This document shows, piece by piece, positions 36,710-45,475 of a DNA stretch of 64,000 nt; the stretch's first letter is position 1; each line of letters opens with the position of its first letter. A program made the position numbers and the translations under genes. This stretch comes from a virus, in the IMG/VR virus record IMGVR_UViG_3300012981_000004, positions 9,131 to 73,130 of that record. One strand, written 5' to 3'. A model generated the notes under the pieces. That model was given only the letters and a program-made list of their open reading frames with translations, was not told where the DNA came from and ran no database searches.

Positions 36710-37627
36710 TCACGTGTTCTCCTCTATCATGACGTCCAGCTCTGCCAGGTCCGCGGCCTCGCGATCTTCGGCCGCCTTGAACTTCGCGTCGTCGCGCCAG
36801 CGCGAGACCTCGGCCTCGATCAGGTCGTGTATGGCTTGCGGATTGAGTGCGTCCATCTCCCAGCACTCGTCGGAGCCGAACCGCTCGACGTAGCCCCGGG
36901 TCTTGCTGTCGCCCTCCTTGGCGAAGTTGGGCGGCGGGTTGAGGGCGCGCACCTGGTCCATGTTGAGCAGGATGCGGCGTACCACCACGGGGACGCCCGC
37001 GTACCTCGTCAGGCGCTCCTCGCAATCGCGCGTCATGTCTATGCCGGCGGGGTCGTGGTCGGCGAGGTGGATGACGACGGGCCGCTGCCCGCGCTCGACG
37101 TAGCGCCCGAAGCGCTGCGCCGCGTTCCACATCTCCGTGGCCGAGTTGTAGCCCCTGGTGGCGAAGTAGTCGACGCGGAGCTGGTTGGCCATCTGGCCTA
37201 TGACCTGCTCCATGGCCTGCTTCTCCACCCACACCTCGACGCGGCAGGGCTGATCCTCCCACAGGTCGAGCTTGTAGCCGGCGCGCAGCCCCTTGAGCGC
37301 CGAGCCGACGCCCTTCTGCGTGCCCAGGCCCATCAGGTTGCGGCCGCGATCCTCCAGGGAGGTCCAGGAGACCAGGCCGGCCTCGCGGCCGTCCGTCAGG
37401 AGGTTGCCCAGCCGCTCGTACTGCGCCTTCGTGTTCTCGGGCAGCAGCCCCAGCGCCACCATGCGGTAGTAGAGCTGCCGCAGGGTGAGGTCGAAGCCGC
37501 GCCCCCTGTACTCCGCGATCAACCTGTTGGCCTGGCGGATGGTCTCCAGGCTGCTCTCGCGGAAGTTGATCTCCCGGTACTTGACGTAGACGCCGTCGCG
37601 GTCGTCGGGGTGGTCCATGAGGCTCAT
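36710..37627 (-). CDS. Toprim-domain protein (TopoVI-A/JetD-like)
   Basis: LTLRQLYYRMV (wHTH, Tyr), VEVWVEK, TRGYNS, HLADHDPAGIDM. Confidence 0.8.
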   Translation of the reverse strand: MSLMDHPDDRDGVYVKYREINFRESSLETIRQANRLIAEYRGRGFDLTLRQLYYRMVALGLLPENTKAQYERLGNLLTDGREAGLVSWTSLEDRGRNLMGLGTQKGVGSALKGLRAGYKLDLWEDQPCRVEVWVEKQAMEQVIGQMANQLRVDYFATRGYNSATEMWNAAQRFGRYVERGQRPVVIHLADHDPAGIDMTRDCEERLTRYAGVPVVVRRILLNMDQVRALNPPPNFAKEGDSKTRGYVERFGSDECWEMDALNPQAIHDLIEAEVSRWRDDAKFKAAEDREAADLAELDVMIEENT

Positions 37628-37821
37628 GTCAGGTCTCCGTCCTGCCAGATGCTCTGGGCCACGAACGAACGCATCGCCATGCAGAGTATGGCCCACGCGA
37701 GGTCGACGTCGCGCTGCGCGTACTCCTCGCCGCGGTCGGCGACGCGGGCCCGCAGGAGGTCCGCGGACAGGGGGAAGCCCGCTGAGGCTTCGAGCGTGGC
37801 CCGGTACAGGTAACGCCTCAT
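37624..37821 (-). CDS. Hypothetical protein
   Basis: MRRYLYRAT.. coupled on both sides. Confidence 0.5.
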   Translation of the reverse strand: MRRYLYRATLEASAGFPLSADLLRARVADRGEEYAQRDVDLAWAILCMAMRSFVAQSIWQDGDLT

Positions 37822-37976
37822 CGTACCAGTCCCGCCCAGGCGCCCAGCACGAGCACGGCGACGGTGATCGCAGCTCCTGACAAGACGAGGGTCAGGCCTT
37901 CGCCCACGATTGTCCGCAGGAACGGCTCGATCGGTTCGTCCGCGTGCCACCACGGCCTGTAGGTATCCTTCTTCAC
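37818..37976 (-). CDS. 52-aa single-TM peptide (absent from the ORF track)
   Basis: GTG..TGA coupled on both sides; VKKDTYRPWWH..LTLVLSGAAITVAVLVLGAWAGLVR. Confidence 0.55.
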   Translation of the reverse strand: MKKDTYRPWWHADEPIEPFLRTIVGEGLTLVLSGAAITVAVLVLGAWAGLVR

Positions 37977-38995
37977 GCCAGCCTCCTCTGCCCAGCCCTC
38001 CGGGTCTCCGCCTGCGGATCGAGCCCGATGCTCTCCGCCGCGTCCTGGCCCGCGTAGTAGGCCGACCAGTCCGTGCGGTCCTTGCTTCCTCCGCCGTACC
38101 GGGCTCGACCCGTGCGGCGCTTAGCGTTGCGCTCCTCGCGCTTGCGCTCCTCCTCGGCCAGCCTGGCGGCCTCCTCCGGGTTGGCCGCGGCCCACTCGCG
38201 CTGCGCCCTGATGCGCTCCTCGCGCTCGCGGGCCCGCTCCTCGCGCTCGGCGCGGCGCTTGGCCGACCAGCCCTCGCCATAGAGGAAATCCATGTTGGCA
38301 TCCTGCTCGGTCTGTTCGAGCGTGGAGATGGTAAGAGAAGTTCCCGTCGAGGCACCACGCGCGGCCCGCTCAGCGCGGCGCCGCTCCTGCTCCTCCTTAG
38401 CCTTCATCTCGTCCCTGCGGTCTTGCAGCTTGGACATCAGGCGATAGGCGGCACCCTTGCGGAAGTCGTGGGCCCACTTAGACTTCATGTTCTCGCCCTG
38501 CGCGTTGGGGTCGCCCTGCAGACGCTCCTTGAGGGCGCGCTCTATGCAGCCCTCCAGGTACTGGGCCATGCCGATCGCCAGCTTGACGTTGACCTGGCGC
38601 CCGACCAGGGCATGGCGCCGGCGCATCGCGTGCACCATCCGCATGCCGACGTAGATGCCGCCCACGCGGTGGGTCTGCGGCACCTTCTCCTCGGTGCGGT
38701 ACTTCTGGCTCCAGTAGACGCAGAAGTGAGCGTCGGCGACGTGCTGCCACAGCCAGCGGTTCCACTCCAGGAAGCCGCCCGTGACTTGGTCCTTGAGGCG
38801 GCGGCCTTTGTCTCCGCCCTCGACCGTGGCCTGGTCGAGGTTATGCTTGACCATCAGCTCCTGCGCCTTGCCCATCGCGGCCTCGGCCTCGGCCGGCGTC
38901 CCCGCCTTGGCGGCGAGGTTGAGGAGCTTCTGGATGGTCTCGATGGTCTTCTGCTCGACGCCATCGACCATCTGTTCGGCCTTCTGGTCGCTCAT
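37973..38995 (-). CDS. DUF2786-domain protein
   Basis: IQKLLNLAAKAGTPAEAEAAMGKAQELMVKHNL; late AYYAGQDAA motif. Confidence 0.8.
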   Translation of the reverse strand: MSDQKAEQMVDGVEQKTIETIQKLLNLAAKAGTPAEAEAAMGKAQELMVKHNLDQATVEGGDKGRRLKDQVTGGFLEWNRWLWQHVADAHFCVYWSQKYRTEEKVPQTHRVGGIYVGMRMVHAMRRRHALVGRQVNVKLAIGMAQYLEGCIERALKERLQGDPNAQGENMKSKWAHDFRKGAAYRLMSKLQDRRDEMKAKEEQERRRAERAARGASTGTSLTISTLEQTEQDANMDFLYGEGWSAKRRAEREERAREREERIRAQREWAAANPEEAARLAEEERKREERNAKRRTGRARYGGGSKDRTDWSAYYAGQDAAESIGLDPQAETRRAGQRRLA

Positions 38996-39270
38996 CGCGA
39001 GACCTCCCCCCAGCTCCGCTTGCTCACCTGCACGTCGACGAGGCTCGACCATTTGGCGTCCGCTATGGTCCGCAGCACGGCGGTCGGCAGCGCGTCGACG
39101 ATGATGGCCTGGTACTGACGGAAGCCGTAGCCGTATGCCGACTTGGCGCGGCCCTCGAACGCTCTGCGCAGGAGCCTGATGGCGGCCGACTGGTACGTCC
39201 CGCCGTCGTTCGGATCGCGAAACACGACGAGCGTCGTGAACTTCTTTGGCCTTCTGGCCTGGTAGGTCAT
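38992..39270 (-). CDS. Hypothetical protein
   Basis: MTYQARRPKK.. behind GGAGAAGACA. Confidence 0.7.
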   Translation of the reverse strand: MTYQARRPKKFTTLVVFRDPNDGGTYQSAAIRLLRRAFEGRAKSAYGYGFRQYQAIIVDALPTAVLRTIADAKWSSLVDVQVSKRSWGEVSR

Positions 39271-39320
39271 TGTCTTCTCCTTCTGTTGCGAGGGGCGCCC
39301 TTGCCGAGCGGTCCCCCTCT

Positions 39321-39363
39321 GACGCCTCAAGCCCGCGACGGCTTTTCAGGGCCGTGCGGGCTT
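39321..39363 (-). repeat. Structured leader hairpin, copy B
   Basis: 35/43 identical to 39731-39773, with compensatory changes. Confidence 0.8.
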
Positions 39364-39449
39364 TTGGGCGGAAACCTCTCCGGGCTGCGGCGTCATGCTC
39401 TAGGAGCGTCGTGCCCGCTGTCGGAGAGGTCCCCCACCGCGGAAGTGGT

Positions 39450-39689
39450 CTACTTCTTCCGCTTGGACGCCTTCAGCTCGTCGTTCTTGGTGTAGATGCT
39501 CAGGCTGATCTTGGCATCGGGGTCGATCGCCAAGAGTTCGGCCGGCACCGGGATGCCGCCACGCGTGCTCGCGATGATGTTGGTGTTGCCCGACTGGCTC
39601 AGCTCCAGGCCGTCCTTGGTCTCCTTCTTCCCGTCGTACGGCACCTTGATGACGATGGCGCCCTTCTCGTACGCGATGGTGTAGCTCAC
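39450..39689 (-). CDS. Hypothetical protein
   Basis: 79 aa, GTG start behind GGAGAAGACAAA. Confidence 0.75.
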   Translation of the reverse strand: MSYTIAYEKGAIVIKVPYDGKKETKDGLELSQSGNTNIIASTRGGIPVPAELLAIDPDAKISLSIYTKNDELKASKRKK

Positions 39690-39730
39690 TTTGTCTTCTC
39701 CGCTCGTTGGTTGCTTTGGGGGACCTCCCC

Positions 39731-39773
39731 GACGCCTTAACCCCGCTACGGGTTCTCAGGCCCGAGCGGGGTT
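39731..39773 (-). repeat. Structured leader hairpin, copy A
   Basis: Partner of 39321-39363. Confidence 0.8.
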
Positions 39774-39798
39774 GTTCGTTGGGGAGCGGGCCGCGGCT

Positions 39799-39930
39799 CT
39801 AGCGTGATGCGACGATGCACATGAGGTAAAGGGCGAAGGCCTGCCCGATCGTCGCCGGTGCGCTGCCCGCGCCGACAAGCTCGGAGTTGAGGAGCCGCCA
39901 GAAGCGGAGGAAGCGGGTCTCCTTAACCAT
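39799..39930 (-). CDS. 43-aa hypothetical peptide
   Basis: MVKETRFLRFWRLL..; RBS upstream; fills the gap between genes. Confidence 0.5.
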   Translation of the reverse strand: MVKETRFLRFWRLLNSELVGAGSAPATIGQAFALYLMCIVASR

Positions 39931-39931
39931 C

Positions 39932-40081
39932 CTACCAGCTCCTCCAGATGCGGGCGTAAGCGCCGATCGCACGGCCGAACACGTTGCGGCGCGCGAGCGC
40001 TCCGAGGATCGGCGTCACGATCGATCCAATGGCCATGAGGGCCAGCGCGATCAGACCGACGATGTAAACGATGTCATTCAT
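39932..40081 (-). CDS. Small membrane peptide
   Basis: MNDIVYIVGLIALALMAIGSIVTPILG behind AGGAGG; first gene after a promoter. Confidence 0.65.
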   Translation of the reverse strand: MNDIVYIVGLIALALMAIGSIVTPILGALARRNVFGRAIGAYARIWRSW

Positions 40082-40114
40082 GGGGTCCTCCTTCTGCTCT
40101 CTCGACCCGGGCGG

Positions 40115-40144
40115 ATTATACCTCCTCGGGTGAACAAAAGTAAA
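40115..40144 (-). promoter_or_regulatory. Sigma70-like promoter TTTACT-18-TATAAT
   Basis: Consensus -10; intergenic. Confidence 0.75.
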
Positions 40145-40164
40145 CACCCCGGAAAGGGCCCGTT

Positions 40165-40512
40165 TTAGGCCAGTATTTGAAGTCCTGTGGAACCCCGCCG
40201 GCGGTTCCAGAAGTCCACCAGCTTGGGGTTGCCTAGCCTCTCCCACTTGAGCACGGTGACGCGGCTCACGCCCAGGAGCCTCGCCACGTCGGCGAGGTCG
40301 AGGCGCGGCGATGCACGATAGCGGGCGAGCGCCAGGACCTCGTTGCGCTGCAGCGACACCACGCCGCCTGGCGCCTGGTCATTCTCCAGGCGCGAATACT
40401 TCGTGCGGCCCATGCCGCGTCGCTTGGCCTCCGCAGCTTGCGTGAGACCTCTGCGCCAGCGCATCACGCGCAGGCGCTCGCCTTTCGTCAGTTCGTGGTA
40501 CTTCAGCTCCAT
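40165..40512 (-). CDS. Tandem XRE-type HTH protein
   Basis: GLTQAAEAKRRGMGRTKYSRLE and LDLADVARLLGVSRVTVLKWE. Confidence 0.8.
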   Translation of the reverse strand: MELKYHELTKGERLRVMRWRRGLTQAAEAKRRGMGRTKYSRLENDQAPGGVVSLQRNEVLALARYRASPRLDLADVARLLGVSRVTVLKWERLGNPKLVDFWNRRRGSTGLQILA

Positions 40513-40949
40513 CTCACCAACCATCTGAGGAACGCTCCTGCGGGGAACTTGCCGAACGAGTAGACCGCTGCCATCTCCATGAAACGCTCACGCGTCGCCC
40601 CCTGCTCCTGCAGCTCGCGCACGTGGGCAGGGGGGACCAGAAAGTATTCGCGGTTGACCTGAACGATGACGCAGCAGTGGCCTCCGTTGCCGTGCCATTC
40701 CAGGAGGCGCAGCTTCTGCTCCTTCGTGAAGTGCTTGAACTTCAGCGGCGTGCCCTCGCGCTTGGGCCACTCGCGCGCGTGCTTGAACTCCACCCATGAC
40801 GCCACGGCGCGCTCCGGTGGCCAGCCCGGGAAGCGCAGCAGGCAGCAGTTGTCGGGCGTGCCCGACTCGATGGGGCTCTCTATCGGCCAGTTGCAGCCGA
40901 ACCGCCCCACCTGGTCGCGGAAGGCGTGGCGCAGGTCCTTCTCGCTCAT
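40503..40949 (-). CDS. PD-(D/E)XK Holliday junction resolvase-like nuclease
   Basis: GTPD..WVEFK..FTKEQK..EW..GG pattern. Confidence 0.75.
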   Translation of the reverse strand: MSEKDLRHAFRDQVGRFGCNWPIESPIESGTPDNCCLLRFPGWPPERAVASWVEFKHAREWPKREGTPLKFKHFTKEQKLRLLEWHGNGGHCCVIVQVNREYFLVPPAHVRELQEQGATRERFMEMAAVYSFGKFPAGAFLRWLVRWS

Positions 40950-41194
40950 GCGGCACCGCAGAACGGGCAGCGGCCTGAGCGGGGCTCTCGGCCGCCGCTG
41001 CCGGCGACGCAGTAACCCTTGCAGCCGCGGCTCTTGAATATTTGCATGTACATTGCTCTGTACCTGCGCTGATCTTCGCTGAGGGTCGCCGCGTACTCGT
41101 CCGGCGTCAGCGCAGCGCCGGCGCCGAGCAGGAGCTGTCGTCGTGTCATCTGTACTGCCTCCAACTTCGATGTCCTTCCCCAGCCAACTTTCAC
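40946..41194 (-). CDS. Hypothetical protein with C-terminal Cys motifs
   Basis: GTG overlaps the upstream stop; CKGYC..CPFC. Confidence 0.5.
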   Translation of the reverse strand: MKVGWGRTSKLEAVQMTRRQLLLGAGAALTPDEYAATLSEDQRRYRAMYMQIFKSRGCKGYCVAGSGGREPRSGRCPFCGAA

Positions 41195-41274
41195 CGTTTG
41201 AGCTTCGCCAAGCAGCGAAGACACTTCCTGTGTATGTCAGCCTGCCTCGTCCCGCATCTCCAGCAGTAGATCAT
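41191..41274 (-). CDS. 27-aa zinc-ribbon micro-protein
   Basis: MIYCWRCGTRQADIHRKCLRCLAKLKR; GAGGA RBS; stop overlaps the next GTG. Confidence 0.5.
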   Translation of the reverse strand: MIYCWRCGTRQADIHRKCLRCLAKLKR

Positions 41275-41285
41275 AGCTTCATCCT

Positions 41286-41777
41286 CTAACGGTACTTCGC
41301 CTCAAGCGCGTTGTCCTCCAGGGCCTTGACCTGCTTCGGCGTCAGGTAGCCCTTCTCGTCCCACTGTTCCCGCAGGCTCTCCACGAAGCTGCTCGCGCGG
41401 CCCCTGGCGTCGATCGCGCGGAAGGCCGCCTCTACGCGATCCTTGACGGCCTGCGCGCCGTGGTCGCGGGTTACGGCGTTGCGGGAGGCATCGCGCTCGG
41501 GGTTCTCCTCGACCCCGGGCTCGCGGCTCTGCCGGCCGGCCGGCATCGTGCGCTGGTGCTCCTCGACGGTCTCGGGGTTCTCCTCGACCTCGATGCGCAC
41601 CATCCTCTCGAAGAAGCGCTCCCAGCTCACGCCGCTCAGCTCGATGATGCGGTTGGCTGCACGCAGCGAGGCGAGCGCTTCGTGGTCATTCTCCGAGCGC
41701 GTCCTGTCCATGATCTTCTTCAGTCGCTCGAAGTCGGCGCGCCGCATGACGCCCGGCTTGCGCTCCACGGTGGGCAT
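41286..41777 (-). CDS. Hypothetical protein
   Basis: MPTVERK..SENDHEALASLRAAN; FVESLREQW..LTPKQ. Confidence 0.7.
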   Translation of the reverse strand: MPTVERKPGVMRRADFERLKKIMDRTRSENDHEALASLRAANRIIELSGVSWERFFERMVRIEVEENPETVEEHQRTMPAGRQSREPGVEENPERDASRNAVTRDHGAQAVKDRVEAAFRAIDARGRASSFVESLREQWDEKGYLTPKQVKALEDNALEAKYR

Positions 41778-41983
41778 CAGCGGCTCCTCTTGAGCTGTTC
41801 CAGGAAGGCCAGCAGAACGATCACCGTGATTAGCGGCACGCCGGCCACGAGCATCAGCAGGGTGGGCCATACCTGGCTCTCCATGCTGACGTCCCACCTG
41901 TGATGATGTTCGATGTGGTCGTGCACGTACCACAGCGACCCCACGATATTCATGCCACAGTAGAGGCCGAGGGCGAACATCAT
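41777..41983 (-). CDS. Two-TM membrane protein
   Basis: Two hydrophobic stretches; coupled. Confidence 0.6.
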   Translation of the reverse strand: MMFALGLYCGMNIVGSLWYVHDHIEHHHRWDVSMESQVWPTLLMLVAGVPLITVIVLLAFLEQLKRSR

Positions 41984-42681
41984 CGCGCGGCCTCCTTCTG
42001 CTTGAATGCGCCGTACTCGTCGGCGACCGTCGTGCCGCCGCGTTCGTCGGGCAGCAAGCCCTGGTCGCGCAGGTGGAAATAAATGCGTGCCGAGGCCCTG
42101 GCGTCGTGCACGGCGCCGTGCGCCTGCTTGGCGAAGGCGTCGGCCTCCTCCTGCCCAAAGAAGTGCTTGTATGCCTCGACCAGCTTGGGGGCCTTGGGCT
42201 TGTTGAAGCCCGCCGCGATCATCCTGGCGGTGGGCGGCAGGTTGACGATCGGCGTCACGACCTCCAGGAGGTCCGTGCGACGCTTCGGGACTGACAGCGT
42301 GGGCTCGCGCCCCAGCCTGGTCAGCGCGAAACGCATGATCTTCTCGTCGAACCTGCGGTTGTAGGCGATGTCCTCCTCGGCGAGCGCCAGGAGGTTGTAG
42401 AAGACGGGCAGCACGACGGCGAGCGGCGCCCCGTAGCGCTTCGCCACCTCGGTCGTGATGCCGTGCACGTCAGCCGCGGCCTTGGGCACCGTCCAGCCGT
42501 CGGCGCGGACGATCAGGTCGAGCACGGCCCGCTCCTGACCCGCGTCATCGTAGAGGATGCCTCCGACCTCGACCAGATGAGGTTGCGATGGGTGATCGTC
42601 CGGCAGGTGGTCCTGCGGCAATCCCGCGGTCTCGGTGTCCCAGCTGAATAACATGTCCCGCTCCTTCTCTCTTTCCTTCAA
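41980..42681 (-). CDS. DEDDh 3'-5' exonuclease (DnaQ-like)
   Basis: WDTETAGL, YNRRFDE, AHGAVHDARA. Confidence 0.9.
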   Translation of the reverse strand: MKEREKERDMLFSWDTETAGLPQDHLPDDHPSQPHLVEVGGILYDDAGQERAVLDLIVRADGWTVPKAAADVHGITTEVAKRYGAPLAVVLPVFYNLLALAEEDIAYNRRFDEKIMRFALTRLGREPTLSVPKRRTDLLEVVTPIVNLPPTARMIAAGFNKPKAPKLVEAYKHFFGQEEADAFAKQAHGAVHDARASARIYFHLRDQGLLPDERGGTTVADEYGAFKQKEAAR

Positions 42682-43148
42682 ACTCCGGGGTCGGTCCCCT
42701 GCGCCTCGTCGATGGCCGACTGCACGTCGTCCTCGTCGACGTCGATCTCCTCCAGGGCGTCAGCCCACTCCTGCAGACCGTCGGCCCTCTCCTGCAGCAG
42801 CTCTCCCGTGCTGCTCTCCTGCAGCGCGTCAGGCATATTGTCCTTCTTCTCGGACTGCTCGTCCGCGAGCTGGCGCGCCTCGTCGGCGACGCTCTCGATT
42901 TCCGACTTGATCTCCTCGGCCGTCATGCCGTCGTTCAGGTCTGCCAGTCGCTCCTGCAGCGCGAGCACGGCAGAGGTGAAGGGGCTGCCCGTCACCTGGC
43001 TCGGCCTGGGCGGCGAGAGGCTGACGCGCTTCACGCCCGACGCGCGACCCGGCAGGCGGTTCTTCCACCACCAGTACTCCTGGCCCTTCTTGATGCCAAG
43101 CTCCCGGTTGGCCTTGCGCGCCCTCTTGACGTGGTGTACCTTTGGCAT
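42678..43148 (-). CDS. Hypothetical protein
   Basis: Basic N-terminus, acidic helical C-terminus. Confidence 0.75.
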   Translation of the reverse strand: MPKVHHVKRARKANRELGIKKGQEYWWWKNRLPGRASGVKRVSLSPPRPSQVTGSPFTSAVLALQERLADLNDGMTAEEIKSEIESVADEARQLADEQSEKKDNMPDALQESSTGELLQERADGLQEWADALEEIDVDEDDVQSAIDEAQGTDPGV

Positions 43149-43158
43149 TGTCTATTCC

Positions 43159-45246
43159 CTATGCTGCGAACTTCCACCAGCGGTCGCGCTCCGCTTGGTC
43201 GATCTTCGCGTCGTCTTGCTCGACACAGGCTCCCCAGTTGGGCCCGCGCGCAGAGCCCACGAGCACCGGCACCTTCAACGGCACGATGGTTTCCATGATA
43301 TGCACCAGCTCGCGGTGCGCCTCGTGCCCAGCCTTCGTCATCGGGATCGAGGAGCCCAGCTCGTCATGGATCGTGGCGAGGAACGGGCCAAGCACGGCGC
43401 ACACGCCCGACTTCCAGGCCTTGAGCATCGAGAGCTTCATCAGCTCGCCCGCGCTCGATTGCAGCTTGCGGTTGAGCGCTACGTAATCCTTCCAGCGCTT
43501 GAGCGGGTCGGGCACCCACGTGCCGTCATCCAGGCGCCGGCCGAACTTCTCGCGCGCCTCGTCGATCCTGTAGCCACGGTTGGGACGGCGCATCCACGCG
43601 GGAGCTTCCCAGCGCGCCGAACACCAGAAGGGGAAGCGCTGCTTGCGGCCGTCCACTGTCACGACGAAGCCGCGTCGCTGCGCCCACCTGGCGGCGGCCT
43701 CCAGGGTAGCCTTGGAGAAGGGCAACGCGCGGTCATACTCGTCGACGAAAGCCTGAGCCTCCTCCACGCTGCAGTTGAACGTCTCGGCGAGCTTATTGGC
43801 CTGCGCCCCGTAGCCCTTGGCGAAGTTGGTATTCTTGACACGCTTGCGCCTGACCTTGTCCTCAGGGTCCACGCCCAGCATCTCGGCGCAGAGCTTGTGG
43901 AAATCGGTCTTAGGATCGTCGCGGTATTTCTGCCGCGCCGCCTCCGCCCCCTGTCCTACGGCGAAGTGCACGAGCAACCTGTATTCGATCTGGCTGTAGT
44001 CGTCCTGTCCCCAGCAGTCACCCTCGTCGGCCTCGAAGCAGCTCCTGATGATGTTGTCGGCCTTGTAGTCGCCGAGGTCCATCTGGTCGTCCCACTCGCT
44101 CTCGCGCGAAGGAATAAACTGCAAGTTTGGGCCCGCGCTGGAGAAGCGGACGCCCACCGTGCCTCCGTCGTCGCTCTTAGTCTGACGGAAGGTCGGGTGG
44201 ATGCGTCCCTTGATCGTGTGGGAACGTATGACGCCATCTATAAACGTGTTCTTGAGCGTGAACAGCCGGCGCGACGCCGCGATGGCATCGACGAGATGAT
44301 CGCCCTGGTTGCGCTCCAGGAAGAACTTATCGACCTGCGGCTTGGGCTTTGAGTTCTTACCGCCCGCCGTCATGTTCAGCTCAAGCCCGCGCTCGCGCAG
44401 CGCCGGCGCCAAGCTCTCGGCCGAGTTGAAGTCGGCGCTCGCTCCCGCCAGGCGCCGGACCTCGGCGGACCACTTGGCAAGCTCACGCTTTAGGATAGCG
44501 TCCACCTGGTCAGCACGATTGAGGTTCACTCTGACACCGCGGCGTCGCATGGCGAGGAGCAGGGGGATAAGCTCGCGCTCCATGGTGTAGCAGTGCAGCT
44601 GCTCGTCGGCCTCCAGGAGCTTGAGCTGCTTGGCCAGGATGCGCAGCGGCCTGTCGACGTCGCCCTCGCCGTACTCGCCGACGTCGGCGCCGGAGAGGCG
44701 CCACAGGTTCTGCTTGATCTGGGTCTCGGTGCGCCAGCCGAACTCCACGGCCAGCTTCTCCAGGTGCCCGTGTGCCTTGCCTTCTCCGAGGTGGACCTGG
44801 CTCAGCGCGTCGAGGTTGTACTGGCCGCGTTTGTGTTCGTCGATGATGGCCTCGGCGATCTGCACGTCGTGGAAGGCCTTGACCTTCGGCAGCGTGACGC
44901 CTTCCTCGGCCAGGTAGTCGAGGTCGTACAGCACGTTGGCGCCGACCACCTCGCCCTCGTAGGCGTTCAGCTCGTCGCGCGCCCACTCCATCACCAGGCC
45001 GGGGTCGAGGTTGCCTCCGCCCTCGTGCCTGATGGGAAGGTAGCAGCGCGGGCCGTTCTCTACGCCGACGCCAAGTCCGACGATGTAGCCTCCACGGCGC
45101 ACGCCCGGGCCCAGCTCCTTCGCCAGGCTCTCGTCGCGCGTCTCCACGTCGAGACAGATGCGCTTCGCGCCGGCGAGCGACGGCAGCTGTGCCGGCGGCC
45201 GCCAGGTGGGCTTCGAGCGCCAGAGGGGGAGCTGCAGCGATGCCAT
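43159..45246 (-). CDS. polA: Family A DNA polymerase with 3'-5' exonuclease domain
   Basis: LDVET, NVLYD; DDYSQIEYR (motif A), RKRVKNTNFAKGYG (motif B), IHDEL (motif C). Confidence 0.95.
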   Translation of the reverse strand: MASLQLPLWRSKPTWRPPAQLPSLAGAKRICLDVETRDESLAKELGPGVRRGGYIVGLGVGVENGPRCYLPIRHEGGGNLDPGLVMEWARDELNAYEGEVVGANVLYDLDYLAEEGVTLPKVKAFHDVQIAEAIIDEHKRGQYNLDALSQVHLGEGKAHGHLEKLAVEFGWRTETQIKQNLWRLSGADVGEYGEGDVDRPLRILAKQLKLLEADEQLHCYTMERELIPLLLAMRRRGVRVNLNRADQVDAILKRELAKWSAEVRRLAGASADFNSAESLAPALRERGLELNMTAGGKNSKPKPQVDKFFLERNQGDHLVDAIAASRRLFTLKNTFIDGVIRSHTIKGRIHPTFRQTKSDDGGTVGVRFSSAGPNLQFIPSRESEWDDQMDLGDYKADNIIRSCFEADEGDCWGQDDYSQIEYRLLVHFAVGQGAEAARQKYRDDPKTDFHKLCAEMLGVDPEDKVRRKRVKNTNFAKGYGAQANKLAETFNCSVEEAQAFVDEYDRALPFSKATLEAAARWAQRRGFVVTVDGRKQRFPFWCSARWEAPAWMRRPNRGYRIDEAREKFGRRLDDGTWVPDPLKRWKDYVALNRKLQSSAGELMKLSMLKAWKSGVCAVLGPFLATIHDELGSSIPMTKAGHEAHRELVHIMETIVPLKVPVLVGSARGPNWGACVEQDDAKIDQAERDRWWKFAA

Positions 45247-45247
45247 G

Positions 45248-45475
45248 TCAGTGCTGCGCGTGGAAGCCCAGCCAGAAGTCGTACTCCTTCTGCTCCTCCG
45301 TGCGCGTGTCGTCGCGCGTGCGGATCAAGGTCGCCAGCGCGCCCAGCTCGCTGGACGACGAGACGATCGGCGGGCAAGGGTCCCCGCACTGGTCGGCCTC
45401 GGCGGCCGTCCAGGTCCCGTCAGCGTGCTTCAGCGTGACGTAGTAGTTGTGCGTCGTCATCGGCGCGTCTGCCAC
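45248..45475 (-). CDS. Hypothetical protein
   Basis: 75 aa between DUF3310 and polA. Confidence 0.6.
   Translation of the reverse strand: MADAPMTTHNYYVTLKHADGTWTAAEADQCGDPCPPIVSSSSELGALATLIRTRDDTRTEEQKEYDFWLGFHAQH

Noticed and set aside
39321-39773. Hairpin repeats as CRISPR repeats or hammerhead ribozymes
   Set aside because: Only two copies about 410 bp apart with a gene between them; no CUGANGA..GAAA core.
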